Source: Nodosilinea sp. LEGE 07088
GTDB taxonomy: Bacteria > Cyanobacteriota > Cyanobacteriia > Phormidesmidales > Phormidesmidaceae
DNA length: 24,000 nucleotides
Direction of reading: 5' to 3'
Assembly (NCBI RefSeq): GCF_015207395.1
Contig: NZ_JADEWX010000057.1
Coordinates: forward strand, 7,235-31,234
Shown: positions 1 through 9,429 of the stretch, one piece after another
Layout: every line of letters begins with the position of its first letter
Numbering within the stretch: the stretch's first letter is position 1
Translations under genes and position numbers: made by a program
The notes under the pieces: model-generated
Told to the model about the DNA's origin: nothing
The model's input: only the letters and a program-made list of their open reading frames with translations
Database searches by the model: none

Positions 1-50
1 CCTAATCAAAACAGGACAGGAAAGCAGGATCGGATCCCCCAAGGGGACGT

Positions 51-601
51 TTAGCTCTGATGGTCTGCGCCATCTAGGGCGAGGGGCGAGGGGGGAATGG
101 GGGGCCAGCGCAGATCCCACAGGGCCCAGGTGGCGATCGCCAGCAGCAGCGCAATAGCGATCGTTCGCCCCGGCAGCCACAGCGGGCTGCTCGACCAGAT
201 CAGCTGGGGGCCACCCTCCCCGGCGATAAACCGCTGAATTTGGTCGCGCAGGGCGGTGGCGGAGAGGGGGGTGCGCACCTCGGCCAGGGTGACCTGCCGC
301 CCCGGGCCTAGCAGGGTGAGGCGGTGGCAAAACCGCACACCGCCCCGGGGGGTGTTATCGCACAGCGCTGAGCTCATGGCCACATCCTGAAGCGCAAAGG
401 GGCGCCGCGCCTGGGGTAGCCAGGCCCAGGGCAGGGCGGCGTGGCCTGGCAGTAGACCTGCCCCGGCCCGGCGCGATCGCAGCTGACGGCCAGGGGGCCA
501 GGCATGCTCACCCCCCACAGCCCTAGCAGGAGCGCGCTGATAAGCACCACAATCGGCACGCGCCGTAAGCTGGGGCCCCATTTGTCGAGTAGTGCTGCCA
601 T
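51..601 (-). pseudogene. Small hypothetical membrane protein, possibly frameshifted (two overlapping ORFs 374..601 and 51..581 in different frames)
   Basis: ORF 374..601 starts with a plausible TM N-terminus (MAALLDKWGPSLRRVPIVVLISALLLGLWGVS). The plausible continuation (LTLLGPGRQVTLAEVRTPLSATALRDQIQRFIAGEG...TIAIALLLAIATWALW) is in the other ORF. Could be a real frameshift, a sequencing error, or just one intact short gene. Confidence 0.35.
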
Positions 602-769
602 GGTGGTTAACCAGTCTATTGGGGATCGATGTCTTTTATCCTGCCATAGGGGCTTAGCTCCGGGATGACCCTTGCACTGCCGGGCAGATTAAGGCATGCT
701 CAGCCATAGTTTGAGTGGCCCTGGCGGCCCGTCTGCATCCCCCTCGATTGTTTACCAAAGCACCGCACC

Positions 770-1453
770 ATGGGCAAGCATATTGTGATCACGGGCGTCA
801 GTCGTGGCCTGGGCCGGGCCATGGTCGATGGCTTTATCGCCGCTGGCCATACCGTCTCGGGCTGTGCCCGCAGCGCCGATGCCGTGGCCCAGCTGGCAGC
901 CCAGTACCCCGCGCCCCATCAATTTACGGCAATGGATATTCGCGATGACGCGGCGGTAGCGGCCTGGGCTCAGGCGGCGATCGCCGCCAACGGCCTGCCC
1001 GACCTGGTGATCAACAACGCTGGCCTGGTCAACCACCCGGCCCCCCTGTGGGCGGTGCCCGCTGAGGAGTGCGACGCCGTCATTGCCGTCAACCTCAACG
1101 GCACCTGCCATGTCATTCGCCACTTTGCCCCGCCCATGGTTGAGCAGCGATCGGGCATTTTTGTCAACTTTAGCTCCGGCTGGGGGCGCTCGACGTCGCC
1201 TGGCGTGGCTCCCTACTGCGCCACCAAGTGGGGGGTAGAAGGGCTGACCCAGTCCCTCTCCCAGGATTTACCCCCCGGCATGGCGGCGGTAGCTCTCAAC
1301 CCCGGCATTATTCACACCGATATGCTGGTGACCTGCTACGGCGACGATGCCGCCGCCTACACTCCCATTGCCACCTGGGCCAAGGCGGCGGTGCCCTACA
1401 TTTTGAGCCTTCATCCGGGGGACAATGGCCGGGCTTTGACTGTGCCGGGATGA
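770..1453 (+). CDS. Short-chain dehydrogenase/reductase (SDR) family oxidoreductase
   Basis: 227 aa; N-terminal TGxxxGxG-type motif (ITGVSRGLGRA), NNAG, catalytic YCATK (YxxxK). Confidence 0.9.
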   Translation: MGKHIVITGVSRGLGRAMVDGFIAAGHTVSGCARSADAVAQLAAQYPAPHQFTAMDIRDDAAVAAWAQAAIAANGLPDLVINNAGLVNHPAPLWAVPAEECDAVIAVNLNGTCHVIRHFAPPMVEQRSGIFVNFSSGWGRSTSPGVAPYCATKWGVEGLTQSLSQDLPPGMAAVALNPGIIHTDMLVTCYGDDAAAYTPIATWAKAAVPYILSLHPGDNGRALTVPG

Positions 1454-2088
1454 GGGGGAGAGGGGGAGGGTGGGGCAGAGAGGGAGGAGCTTGCCCCGAT
1501 CGCAGCTGAGGGAGACTTTTTGTTGATCAAAACGGGGGTGGCGCTTTCGGGCTTACCCGCCATCGAGATAGCCGCGCAGCCGAGCTTGTAGGCAAACTCT
1601 ACGGGGCGTCCAGCCCCGAGGGCGTCGTAAAAGCCGACGGCAAACTCGATCGCGGCTCGATCGCCGATCGCTTTGGTCATGCCCACCACGTAGGGCACAT
1701 GTTCGGCGATCGCCTCGGCCTGCACCGCTGAGTAACACCCGTTCAGCACCACGCAGTGAACTGGGTCGGGGTTACTGGCTGGGTCGGCAAATAGCTCAAA
1801 CAATTCGGCCAGGGCGGCTCCAGAGACCAGCTTGGCCTGCCCTATGTCATCTTCAAACACCAGCCCCTCAGCCTCTTCGCCGTGGCCCGAGAAAGGGACG
1901 ATCTGCGGGGTTTCTTCGAGCATGGCTCGCTGAATATCGCGGGGGCGCACCGCTAGCCGCTGGGTGAGGGTGAACTGGTCGCGCTGCTGCGATCGCTTCA
2001 GTCCCGCTTCGATATCGCGCAGTTCTTCGTCGAGGCGCAGGCGGCTGGTGTGTTTGGGGTTGGCCGCGAGAATCAGGATTTTTGGCAT
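1411..2088 (-). CDS. Stand-alone CHAT-domain (caspase-like) protein
   Basis: 225 aa; MPKILILAANP N-terminus, His motif IVPFSGHGEE and Cys motif CVVLNGCYS, typical of CHAT domains. The C-terminal Pro/Ser tail overlaps the 3' end of the convergent SDR gene. Confidence 0.75.
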   Translation of the reverse strand: MPKILILAANPKHTSRLRLDEELRDIEAGLKRSQQRDQFTLTQRLAVRPRDIQRAMLEETPQIVPFSGHGEEAEGLVFEDDIGQAKLVSGAALAELFELFADPASNPDPVHCVVLNGCYSAVQAEAIAEHVPYVVGMTKAIGDRAAIEFAVGFYDALGAGRPVEFAYKLGCAAISMAGKPESATPVLINKKSPSAAIGASSSLSAPPSPSPPHPGTVKARPLSPG

Positions 2089-2170
2089 GGCGAGGGCGGG
2101 GCGGTTTCTCTAACTATAGTCTCAGCCCTCAAAATGGCAAAAATAGCCCCATCTTTCACCTCCAGCCACC

Positions 2171-2250
2171 GTAGGATGGGCAAAGGGCTTTACCCGTGCC
2201 CATCAGATCCCATCACCCGCGATGGGCAGGCTTCGCTTTGCCCATCCTAC
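2171..2250. repeat. Imperfect MITE/REP-like inverted repeat with perfect 15-nt terminal arms
   Basis: GTAGGATGGGCAAAG (2171..2185) and its exact reverse complement CTTTGCCCATCCTAC (2236..2250), with internal GATGGGCA sub-repeats. Confidence 0.8.
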
Positions 2251-2255
2251 CTGGG

Positions 2256-3068
2256 TTAACTGTGCCAAAATTGGCGAAAGTCTTCGTCCTGGTCGCTGAG
2301 CTGAGCCCAGGGGGCACCCCACTGGCGCACAATCTCCGCCAGCCTCGCGCAGGCGGGCCGCTCGGTGGCGTAGTGGCCCGCGTCGATCAGTACCAGGTTG
2401 CGATCGCGCCCTTCCTGAAACTGATGAAACTTGCAGTCGGAGGTCAGGTAGGCCTGGGCTCCGGTCTGGGCCACGGCCCCCATAAAGCTAGCGCCGCTGC
2501 CGCCCAGCACCGCCACTCGACTAATGGTTTGGGCCAGGTCAGCGGCGGGGGAATAGATCAGGTTGGGCGGCGAGAGCTTGGTCTGAATTAAATTCAGCAA
2601 ATCCTGCAAACTCAGGGCAGGGCTGAGATCGCCTACCCGCCCGTAGCCAATGTCGAGTTGGGTGGGCACCACGGGTTCAGGGTTTTGCAATTGCAGCACC
2701 TGGGCCAGCAGGTCGGCAGTGCCATCCTGCACCTGGTCGAAGTTGGTGTGGGCGGTGTAGATGCCGATGCTGTGGGCGATCGCCTGGCACACCATATCCC
2801 CCACCGGGTCGCCCGCCACCACAGTCTTGAGCGGGCTAAAGATCAGCGGATGGTGGGCCAAAATCAGGTTTACGTTCACCCCCTGCTGCCGCAGCGCCAG
2901 CGCCTCAGCCATCACAGCCAGGGTAGGGGTCAGACACACCAGCACATGGGCGGGTTGTTCCAGCACCCCCGGCTGTACCTGCCAGCCGCAGTTGTCCCAG
3001 CTTTCTTGCCAGGTGGGGTTGGCCCAGGCTTCGAGTTTAGAGATCAGATCGGCGATCGCAAGTGCCAT
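2256..3068 (-). CDS. NIF3-like dinuclear metal centre hexameric protein
   Basis: 270 aa; NLILAHHPLIFSPLK, THTNFDQVQDGTADLLA and LIDAGHYATERP motifs of the NIF3/YbgI family. Confidence 0.88.
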   Translation of the reverse strand: MALAIADLISKLEAWANPTWQESWDNCGWQVQPGVLEQPAHVLVCLTPTLAVMAEALALRQQGVNVNLILAHHPLIFSPLKTVVAGDPVGDMVCQAIAHSIGIYTAHTNFDQVQDGTADLLAQVLQLQNPEPVVPTQLDIGYGRVGDLSPALSLQDLLNLIQTKLSPPNLIYSPAADLAQTISRVAVLGGSGASFMGAVAQTGAQAYLTSDCKFHQFQEGRDRNLVLIDAGHYATERPACARLAEIVRQWGAPWAQLSDQDEDFRQFWHS

Positions 3069-3192
3069 AGAAAAACCGCTGGCCAGGGTAGCTCAGGCTA
3101 AAGGAAAACCTCCCTAGTCTAGCGTGCTACCTCTGACCAACGGCCTAGAGAACGTCTGTTGAATAACAAGTGCTCTCGGCGATTACCGCAAA

Positions 3193-3543
3193 TTACGGAG
3201 TCACCTGGCTGAGAGCGTCTTTGATTTGATCGATCGGCGAGGTGGCTTGTTTGGAGTTTTCGGGGTAGTTCATCTGGCTGACATCGGCATCTTTCTGCAC
3301 TTCGTTAAGCCCTTTGTTGGCCCGGTCAATCACCCGATCGCCCTTGAGCGCATTCTCGGGCTGCACAGATTTCTCGGCCTCATTGTACACACCGTCGAGT
3401 TTGGCCGTGCCCTGATCGGGCTGGCTGGGGGTACTGCCGATGGCCAGGGCCGCAGGGCTAGCCATCGACAGCATTAGAATGCAGGAAAGAGCGATCGCCA
3501 GGTTACGCACCCAGGTCGCCACGGCAGCAAATACAGGCTTCAT
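3193..3543 (-). CDS. Small exported hypothetical protein with signal peptide
   Basis: The track ORF extends to 3582, but an internal ATG at 3543 (MKPVFAAVATWVRNLAIALSCILMLSMASPAALA) gives a clean signal peptide; remainder is hydrophilic. Confidence 0.65.
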   Translation of the reverse strand: MKPVFAAVATWVRNLAIALSCILMLSMASPAALAIGSTPSQPDQGTAKLDGVYNEAEKSVQPENALKGDRVIDRANKGLNEVQKDADVSQMNYPENSKQATSPIDQIKDALSQVTP

Positions 3544-3757
3544 AGTAGTCTCCAAAATCGGGCAAGAAAGCGACCCCAGCAACTGGGAACTGCACAGAGC
3601 GCCCGGTTGCTAAGACTCTTTTGTTTTACCGATTTAGACCTTGCGCCTATATCATCTGATGGACAGAGAAGTAGGGCAGAGATTTTGGCCAAGGCCCTAT
3701 GCCTTTGGGTAGGGAAGTGACTCTATTGGCCTACGCGGCTGGTTGGAGATTATGTCC

Positions 3758-5662
3758 CTAGCCAGCCTTCACCAAAAACTTCTCAGGAATCTCGGTGTAC
3801 TGCCTCACAATTTGCCGAAACTCATCGCCGTCGATGGTTTCGCGCTCCAGCAGGGCATCCACCAGGTTATCCATTAGGGTGCGGTGCTGGCGCAGCATGG
3901 TGCGGGCGCGGTTGAGGCACGAGAGGGCAATGCCACGCACCTGGGCATCGATCTTGCCGGCCATTTCCTCCGAGACCTCGTTGCGGGGCATCAGGTTGCG
4001 GCCCAAAAATACCTGGTTATCCATGCTTTCGAGGGCCAGGGGGCCAAGCTCAGACATGCCGTAGAGGGTCACCATCTGGCGGGCCAGGTTGCTCACCTGC
4101 TGAATGTCGCCGCTGGCCCCGGTCGAGGTTTCGTCGTCGCCAAACACCTCGGCCTCGGCGGCAAAGCCCCCCAAAGCCACGGTAATGCGATCCATCAGCC
4201 AGTTGCGGGTGTAAAGGCCGCTGTCGATGATGTCTTCGTTGGGCAGCGATTGGGTAAAGCCTTCGATGCCGCCCGATCGCGGAATAATGGTGACTTTATT
4301 CAGCTCGTCGGAGTGGGTAAGCAGTGTGGTCAACAGCGCGTGGCCGACCTCGTGGTAAGCGGTCATGCGTTTGCGGCTGCTGTCGAGCAGGGGAGTGAGG
4401 CTGAGGCCGATGGTAACGCGATCGATCGCGTCTTCGATCTCAACCATACCCATGGCCTCTTTGCGGCGGCGGGCGGTGAGAATAGCGGCCTCGTTCAGCA
4501 GGTTGGCCAGCTCGGCTCCAGAGAACCCCGGCGTGCGGCGGGCGACGGCTTCCAGCGACACCTCAGCCTCGATTTTTTTGTCGCGGGCATGCACTTCTAA
4601 AATCGATAACCGCCCCTTGTAGGTCGGCAGGTCAACCACCACCTGGCGGTCAAAGCGGCCCGGACGCAGCAGGGCCAGATCGAGCACATCCACCCGGTTA
4701 GTGGCCGCGATTACAATAATGCCGCTGTTGCCCTCAAACCCATCCATCTCGGTGAGCAACTGGTTGAGGGTTTGCTCCCGCTCATCGTTGCCGCCGCCGA
4801 TGCCGGTACCCCGCTGACGACCTACGGCGTCAATTTCATCGATAAAGACAATACAGGGGGCATTTTCTTTGGCTTTGCGAAACAGGTCGCGCACCCGCGA
4901 CGCGCCCACGCCCACAAACATTTCGACAAATTCAGACCCCGAGATGCTGAAAAAGGGCACGGCGGCTTCGCCTGCGATCGCCTTGGCCAGCAGGGTTTTC
5001 CCCGTCCCCGGTTGGCCAATCAGCAGTACACCTTTGGGAATGCGCGCCCCAATGGCGGTAAATTTCTCTGGGCTTTTGAGGAAAGACACCACCTCTTGGA
5101 GTTCTTCCTTGGCCTCTTCGATACCGGCCACATCGTCAAATACGACGCCGGTTTTGGCCTCCATTTGAAAGCGGGCCTTAGACTTGCCAAAGCTCATGGC
5201 GTTGCCGGCCCCAGAGGCCGATCGCCGCAGCAGCATGAGCAGACCAAAGATGAGAATCAGCGCCAGTAGGGAATTCGTCGCCAGCCAGGCCAGCGCGCCA
5301 CTTCCCGACGAATCGCGAATGTCTACGTCTACGTCGTTGGCGGTCAGGGTGCGAATCAGTTCGGCATTGCCACCCTCAGCGAATAGCATCACCTCCTGGG
5401 GCGGGGCATCTTCGGCAGCACCATCGAGCTGCACGTAGGCAATTCCCCGAGCTTCATCGATTTCAACCGACTCGACCTCGCCTTGCTCAACCTTCTGCAA
5501 AAACTGACCGTAGGTCAACTCATCAGACTCGGCTTGGGCCAGGGCAGGGGGGAGGGGCATTAGGCTCTGCAACAGAAACCAGCCAATGGTCATCAATCCT
5601 GTGGCGGTTGCGCCCGCAGCAGGACGCAGCGAAGATTGCTTACCAGAAAAACGTAGGGTCAT
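3758..5662 (-). CDS. ftsH: ATP-dependent zinc metalloprotease FtsH
   Basis: 634 aa; N-terminal TM region, Walker A GQPGTGKT, Walker [13 protein letters not shown] region, zinc motif HEVGH, full AAA+ plus M41 architecture. Confidence 0.97.
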   Translation of the reverse strand: MTLRFSGKQSSLRPAAGATATGLMTIGWFLLQSLMPLPPALAQAESDELTYGQFLQKVEQGEVESVEIDEARGIAYVQLDGAAEDAPPQEVMLFAEGGNAELIRTLTANDVDVDIRDSSGSGALAWLATNSLLALILIFGLLMLLRRSASGAGNAMSFGKSKARFQMEAKTGVVFDDVAGIEEAKEELQEVVSFLKSPEKFTAIGARIPKGVLLIGQPGTGKTLLAKAIAGEAAVPFFSISGSEFVEMFVGVGASRVRDLFRKAKENAPCIVFIDEIDAVGRQRGTGIGGGNDEREQTLNQLLTEMDGFEGNSGIIVIAATNRVDVLDLALLRPGRFDRQVVVDLPTYKGRLSILEVHARDKKIEAEVSLEAVARRTPGFSGAELANLLNEAAILTARRRKEAMGMVEIEDAIDRVTIGLSLTPLLDSSRKRMTAYHEVGHALLTTLLTHSDELNKVTIIPRSGGIEGFTQSLPNEDIIDSGLYTRNWLMDRITVALGGFAAEAEVFGDDETSTGASGDIQQVSNLARQMVTLYGMSELGPLALESMDNQVFLGRNLMPRNEVSEEMAGKIDAQVRGIALSCLNRARTMLRQHRTLMDNLVDALLERETIDGDEFRQIVRQYTEIPEKFLVKAG

Positions 5663-5907
5663 AGACGGTTTAACTCAGCGAGACGATACCCAAGATAAGT
5701 GTCCCTAGATACTAGATGGGCTGCTTATTAGTCTAACTCCCCTGCCCTGAAATGACTGCCCTGCCTGGATAGCTTTTGTGTCCTTCAGAAACATGGCTAC
5801 ATGAGCAAGATCCTAGCCTACGGTCTTTGGAACAGTTAACCAAAAGCTAGGTCGGGGCAAATCACTGTTCGCGCCGACCTAGACATGCACGTGATTTAGA
5901 TGACCGA

Positions 5908-6987
5908 TTAGCTCTGAATTGTCGGGGCCAGATAGGCAACCGGAGTAGCTGGGCCGTTGGCTAAATCGAGGGGAAAGTTATGGGCATTGCGTTCATGCAT
6001 GACCTCAAAGCCCAGATTGGCTCGGTTGATCACGTCAGCCCAGCTGGGCAGCACTCGACCCTGGGAATCTAAAATCGAGTGGTTAAAGTTAAATCCATTT
6101 AGGTTAAAGGCCATGGTGCTAATGCCCAGGGCAACAAACCAAATACAGACTACGGGCCAGGCCGCCAGAAAAAAGTGCAGCCAGCGAGAGTTGTTGAAGC
6201 TAGCGTACTGAAAAATTAGGCGGCCAAAGTAGCCGTGAGCCGCAACAATATTGTAGGTTTCTTCCTCTTGGCCGAACTTGTAGCCGGAGTTTTGAGATTC
6301 ATTGTCGGTGGTTTCTCGAATCAGGCTTGAGGTCACTAAAGACCCATGCATGGCAGAAAACAGAGAACCTCCCAGAACTCCTGCGACCCCCAGCATGTGA
6401 AAGGGATGCATCAAGATATTGTGCTCCGCCTGAAACACAAACATAAAGTTGAACGTGCCGCTAATCCCCATGGGCAATCCATCGGAAAAGCTACCCTGAC
6501 CGATGGGGTAAATCAAAAATACCGAGGTGGTAGCCGCAACGGGGGCACTGTAGGCCACGCAAATCCAGGGGCGCATGCCCAGGCGGTAGCTCAGTTCCCA
6601 CTCTCGGCCCAGATAGCAGAGCAGGGCTGGAATGTAGTGGAAGGCAATCATTTGATAGGGGCCACCGTTGTAGAGCCATTCATCTAGGGTGGCGGCCTCC
6701 CAGATCGGGTAAAAGTGCAGCCCAATGGCGTTAGATGACGGCACCACAGCAGCGGTAATAATGTTGTTGCCGTACAGCAGTGAACCCGACAGGGGCTCGC
6801 GAATGCCGTCGATGTCTACCGGAGGAGCAGCAATAAAGGCGGTGACAAAAACCACCGTTGAAACGCCTAGTAAAGGAATCATCAGCACGCCAAACCAGCC
6901 AATATAAAGCCGATTTTCAATGCTAGTGATCCACTGGCAGAACTGCTCCCAGGTACTGTTGTCCTGGCGTTGGAGAGTTGTAGTCAT
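5908..6987 (-). CDS. psbA: Photosystem II D1 protein, far-red-type paralog (psbA3-like)
   Basis: 359 aa; keeps D170, E189, H190, H332, E333, H337, D342 and A344 ([14 protein letters not shown]), so it is an oxygen-evolving-type D1. Divergent at [15 protein letters not shown] and [14 protein letters not shown] (Tyr at canonical 119, Thr at canonical 155), consistent with far-red D1. Located in an array of far-red PSII genes. Confidence 0.93.
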   Translation of the reverse strand: MTTTLQRQDNSTWEQFCQWITSIENRLYIGWFGVLMIPLLGVSTVVFVTAFIAAPPVDIDGIREPLSGSLLYGNNIITAAVVPSSNAIGLHFYPIWEAATLDEWLYNGGPYQMIAFHYIPALLCYLGREWELSYRLGMRPWICVAYSAPVAATTSVFLIYPIGQGSFSDGLPMGISGTFNFMFVFQAEHNILMHPFHMLGVAGVLGGSLFSAMHGSLVTSSLIRETTDNESQNSGYKFGQEEETYNIVAAHGYFGRLIFQYASFNNSRWLHFFLAAWPVVCIWFVALGISTMAFNLNGFNFNHSILDSQGRVLPSWADVINRANLGFEVMHERNAHNFPLDLANGPATPVAYLAPTIQS

Positions 6988-7071
6988 AGGTTATAAATGT
7001 GAAATTCGACTCGGTAACATTGAAGCAAAAGAATATGAAGAACCTGGGAAAATTCGCCGGTCAGATACAAA

Positions 7072-7102
7072 TGTAGGGGCTTTGCAGTGCAAAGCCCCTA
7101 CA
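7072..7102. repeat. Near-perfect palindrome, 15-nt arms with 1-nt centre
   Basis: TGTAGGGGCTTTGCA-G-TGCAAAGCCCCTACA. A third related half-arm TGCAAAGCCCCTAT follows at 7111..7124. Confidence 0.95.
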
Positions 7103-7130
7103 ACCGGCACTGCAAAGCCCCTATGGTGTT

Positions 7131-7277
7131 CTAGCTGCGATCGCTGGGGTAGGTTCTATACCCGTACCAAATAAAGGCAATGCAGCCCAGGGCAAATACC
7201 AGCAGGCTCAGAAAAATGCCGCTGGCGGTGGCAGAGATTTGGCCTTCACCGTAGGCGAGATAAAAGAGTGGCAGCAT
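7131..7277 (-). CDS. Unannotated 48-aa single-TM small protein between psbH and psbA
   Basis: Manual translation: MLPLFYLAYGEGQISATASGIFLSLLVFALGCIAFIWYGYRTYPSDRS*. Upstream GAGG as possible Shine-Dalgarno (..ATGAGGTAATCCTATG). Co-directional, 60 nt after the psbH stop, with one predicted TM segment. Confidence 0.6.
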   Translation of the reverse strand: MLPLFYLAYGEGQISATASGIFLSLLVFALGCIAFIWYGYRTYPSDRS

Positions 7278-7337
7278 AGGATTACCTCATTAGATTTTTG
7301 GGTACGCTATTTGCCCGCAGAATTTGCATACAGATGC

Positions 7338-7556
7338 CTAAAATCCTGAAGGCTGATAGGTGTTCGCCCCATCGAGCACAATGGTGCCGTTGTAAAGCTG
7401 CAAAATAATCAGCAGAAACAAAAACAGCATGGCGATCATAAAAACCATAAATGGAGTGGTGCCCCAGCCTGGGGCAACCCGTCCAGCTTCAGCGTTAAAC
7501 CGCCGGAGAAAATACTGGATTGGGGCTACTTTTTTAGGAACAAATTTTTGTTGCAT
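7338..7556 (-). CDS. psbH: Photosystem II protein PsbH (far-red cluster paralog)
   Basis: 72 aa; LRRFNAEAGRVAPGWGTTPFMVFMIAMLFLFLLIILQLYNGTIVL matches the PsbH signature; next to psbB. Confidence 0.93.
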   Translation of the reverse strand: MQQKFVPKKVAPIQYFLRRFNAEAGRVAPGWGTTPFMVFMIAMLFLFLLIILQLYNGTIVLDGANTYQPSGF

Positions 7557-7604
7557 GGCTCAGGTTTGGTTGGGGGTCAGTCGTCAAAAAGAGTATCCCC
7601 GATT

Positions 7605-7634
7605 CGTAGGGGCATAGCATGCTATGCCCCTACG
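7605..7634. repeat. Perfect 30-nt palindrome in the psbB-psbH spacer
   Basis: CGTAGGGGCATAGCA|TGCTATGCCCCTACG, 15-nt arms, no loop. Confidence 0.97.
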
Positions 7635-7730
7635 GGGTTCCTAATCGTGAATTGGGGTTTCCACAATCGGATTTCGTATGACTCAGTTGAGAACCTCTAC
7701 AGGTGATCTGATATCAGGCATGACGCAGGC

Positions 7731-9266
7731 TCAAATGGTGGTTTGAGTTTGACGTGTGGTCGTATCGCCCACCTTTTGGAAGTAGCCCCATTCCACCTGC
7801 TCAATGTCTAGATCGGGGTCAACGCCCGAGAATACATCCTGGAAGATGGCGCGGAGGCCGTGCCAGATGTGACCAAAGAACCAGACCAGTGCAAAGCAGG
7901 CGTGGAAGAAGGCGAAGAAGCCCCGGTTGCTGGTTCTAAAGGCCCCGTCAGAGTTGTAAACCTCACGGTCAAAATCGAAGGGCTCTCCTAGCTGGGCCTT
8001 ACGGGCATACTGCTTAACCTGGGTGGGGTCGCTAAAGGTTTTGCCGTTGAGCAGCCCGCCCAAAAAGCTGACGGTAACGCCGGTTTGCTCGAAGCTGTAT
8101 TTAGAGTCCATGCGGCGGAAGGGAATGTCGGCTCGGATCAGGCCGTCTCTGTCGGTCAGCAGCACCGGGAAGTTCTCGAAGAAGTTGGGGATGCGACGCA
8201 CCGTTAGATCTCGACCTTCTTGATCTTTGAAGACGGGGTGGCCCAGCCAGCCGGTGGGTAAACCGTCGCCATCGACCATGCGTCCCACCCGGAACAGGCC
8301 GCCCTTGGCAGGGCTATTGCCGACGTAGTCGTAAAAGGCGAGCTTTTCGGGAATGGCGGCCCAGGCTTCGGGTAGGCTCTTACCAGCTCTTACCCCGGAC
8401 TGCACGCGGCGATCAATTTCTTTTTGAAAGTAAGCCTGATCCCACTGGTAGCGGGTTGGCCCCCACAGCTCGATCGGGGTGGTGGCGGTACCGTACCACA
8501 TGGTGCCAGTGGCAATGAACCCGGCGCAGAAAAAGACCGCCAGGCTACTGGCCAGCACCGATTCTATGTTGCCCATGCGCAGGCCCCGGAATAGATTTTC
8601 GGGGGGGCGCACGAAAATATGAAACAGGCCGCCGATAATGACGACGATGCCGAGGGCAATGTGGTGGGCCACGACGCCACCAGGGTTTTGGGGGTCAAAG
8701 CCCGCTGGGCCCCAGTCTGGGGCCACCCCCTGGACGTGGCCGGTGAGGCCAAAGGGGTCTGAAACCCACATGCCGGGGCCAAAGATGCCGGTCAGGTGGA
8801 AGGCCCCAAAGCCAAAGCAGAGCAGCCCGGCCAGCAAAAGATGAATACCAAAAACCTTGGGTAAATCGATCACGGGCTCGTCGGTCTTGGGGTCGAAGAA
8901 GGTGGCGACATCCCAATACACCCAGTGCCAGCAGGCGGCTAAAAACTCTAGGCCTGCGAAGACAATATGGGCGGCGGCGACCATCTCAAAGGTCCAAAAC
9001 CCGGGGTCGGCAAAGGTGTCGCCGGTAATGCTCCAGCCCTGCCAGGAGTTGGTTACCCCCAAGCGGGCGACAAAGGGCATCAGAAAGCAGCCCTGCCGCC
9101 ACATGGGGTTGAGCACCGGGTTGGTGGGGTCGTAGCGAGCGAGCTCAAACAACAGCATTGAGCCGGCAAACCCGGCACAGAGGGCGTTGTGCATGAGGTG
9201 TACCGCTATAAGCCGCCCTGGGTCGTTGATGACCGAGGTGTGAACGCGATACCAGGGAAGTCCCAT
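7731..9266 (-). CDS. psbB: Photosystem II CP47 apoprotein (far-red paralog)
   Basis: 511 aa; [43 protein letters not shown] is the canonical PsbB N-terminus; full length with large lumenal loop. Confidence 0.97.
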   Translation of the reverse strand: MGLPWYRVHTSVINDPGRLIAVHLMHNALCAGFAGSMLLFELARYDPTNPVLNPMWRQGCFLMPFVARLGVTNSWQGWSITGDTFADPGFWTFEMVAAAHIVFAGLEFLAACWHWVYWDVATFFDPKTDEPVIDLPKVFGIHLLLAGLLCFGFGAFHLTGIFGPGMWVSDPFGLTGHVQGVAPDWGPAGFDPQNPGGVVAHHIALGIVVIIGGLFHIFVRPPENLFRGLRMGNIESVLASSLAVFFCAGFIATGTMWYGTATTPIELWGPTRYQWDQAYFQKEIDRRVQSGVRAGKSLPEAWAAIPEKLAFYDYVGNSPAKGGLFRVGRMVDGDGLPTGWLGHPVFKDQEGRDLTVRRIPNFFENFPVLLTDRDGLIRADIPFRRMDSKYSFEQTGVTVSFLGGLLNGKTFSDPTQVKQYARKAQLGEPFDFDREVYNSDGAFRTSNRGFFAFFHACFALVWFFGHIWHGLRAIFQDVFSGVDPDLDIEQVEWGYFQKVGDTTTRQTQTTI

Positions 9267-9429
9267 GGCGTTGTTCTCCTTGTTAATAGACAGAAGGCAG
9301 AAGAGGCGGAGGCGGAAGATAGGCTTGTAGCGTGGGTCAGGCTCCCTAGAGATCAGGCGATCGCCCCAGAGAGAAAAAGCGGGTAAACCTACGAGGACAG
9401 CCAGCCAGATTCACCCGCGATCGCTATAC

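Noticed and set aside
3795-5438. Numerous antisense ORFs on the + strand over ftsH (e.g. 3884..4600, 4772..5269)
   Set aside because: They lie fully opposite a strongly supported ftsH gene in GC-rich DNA and have composition typical of shadow ORFs with no recognisable domain.
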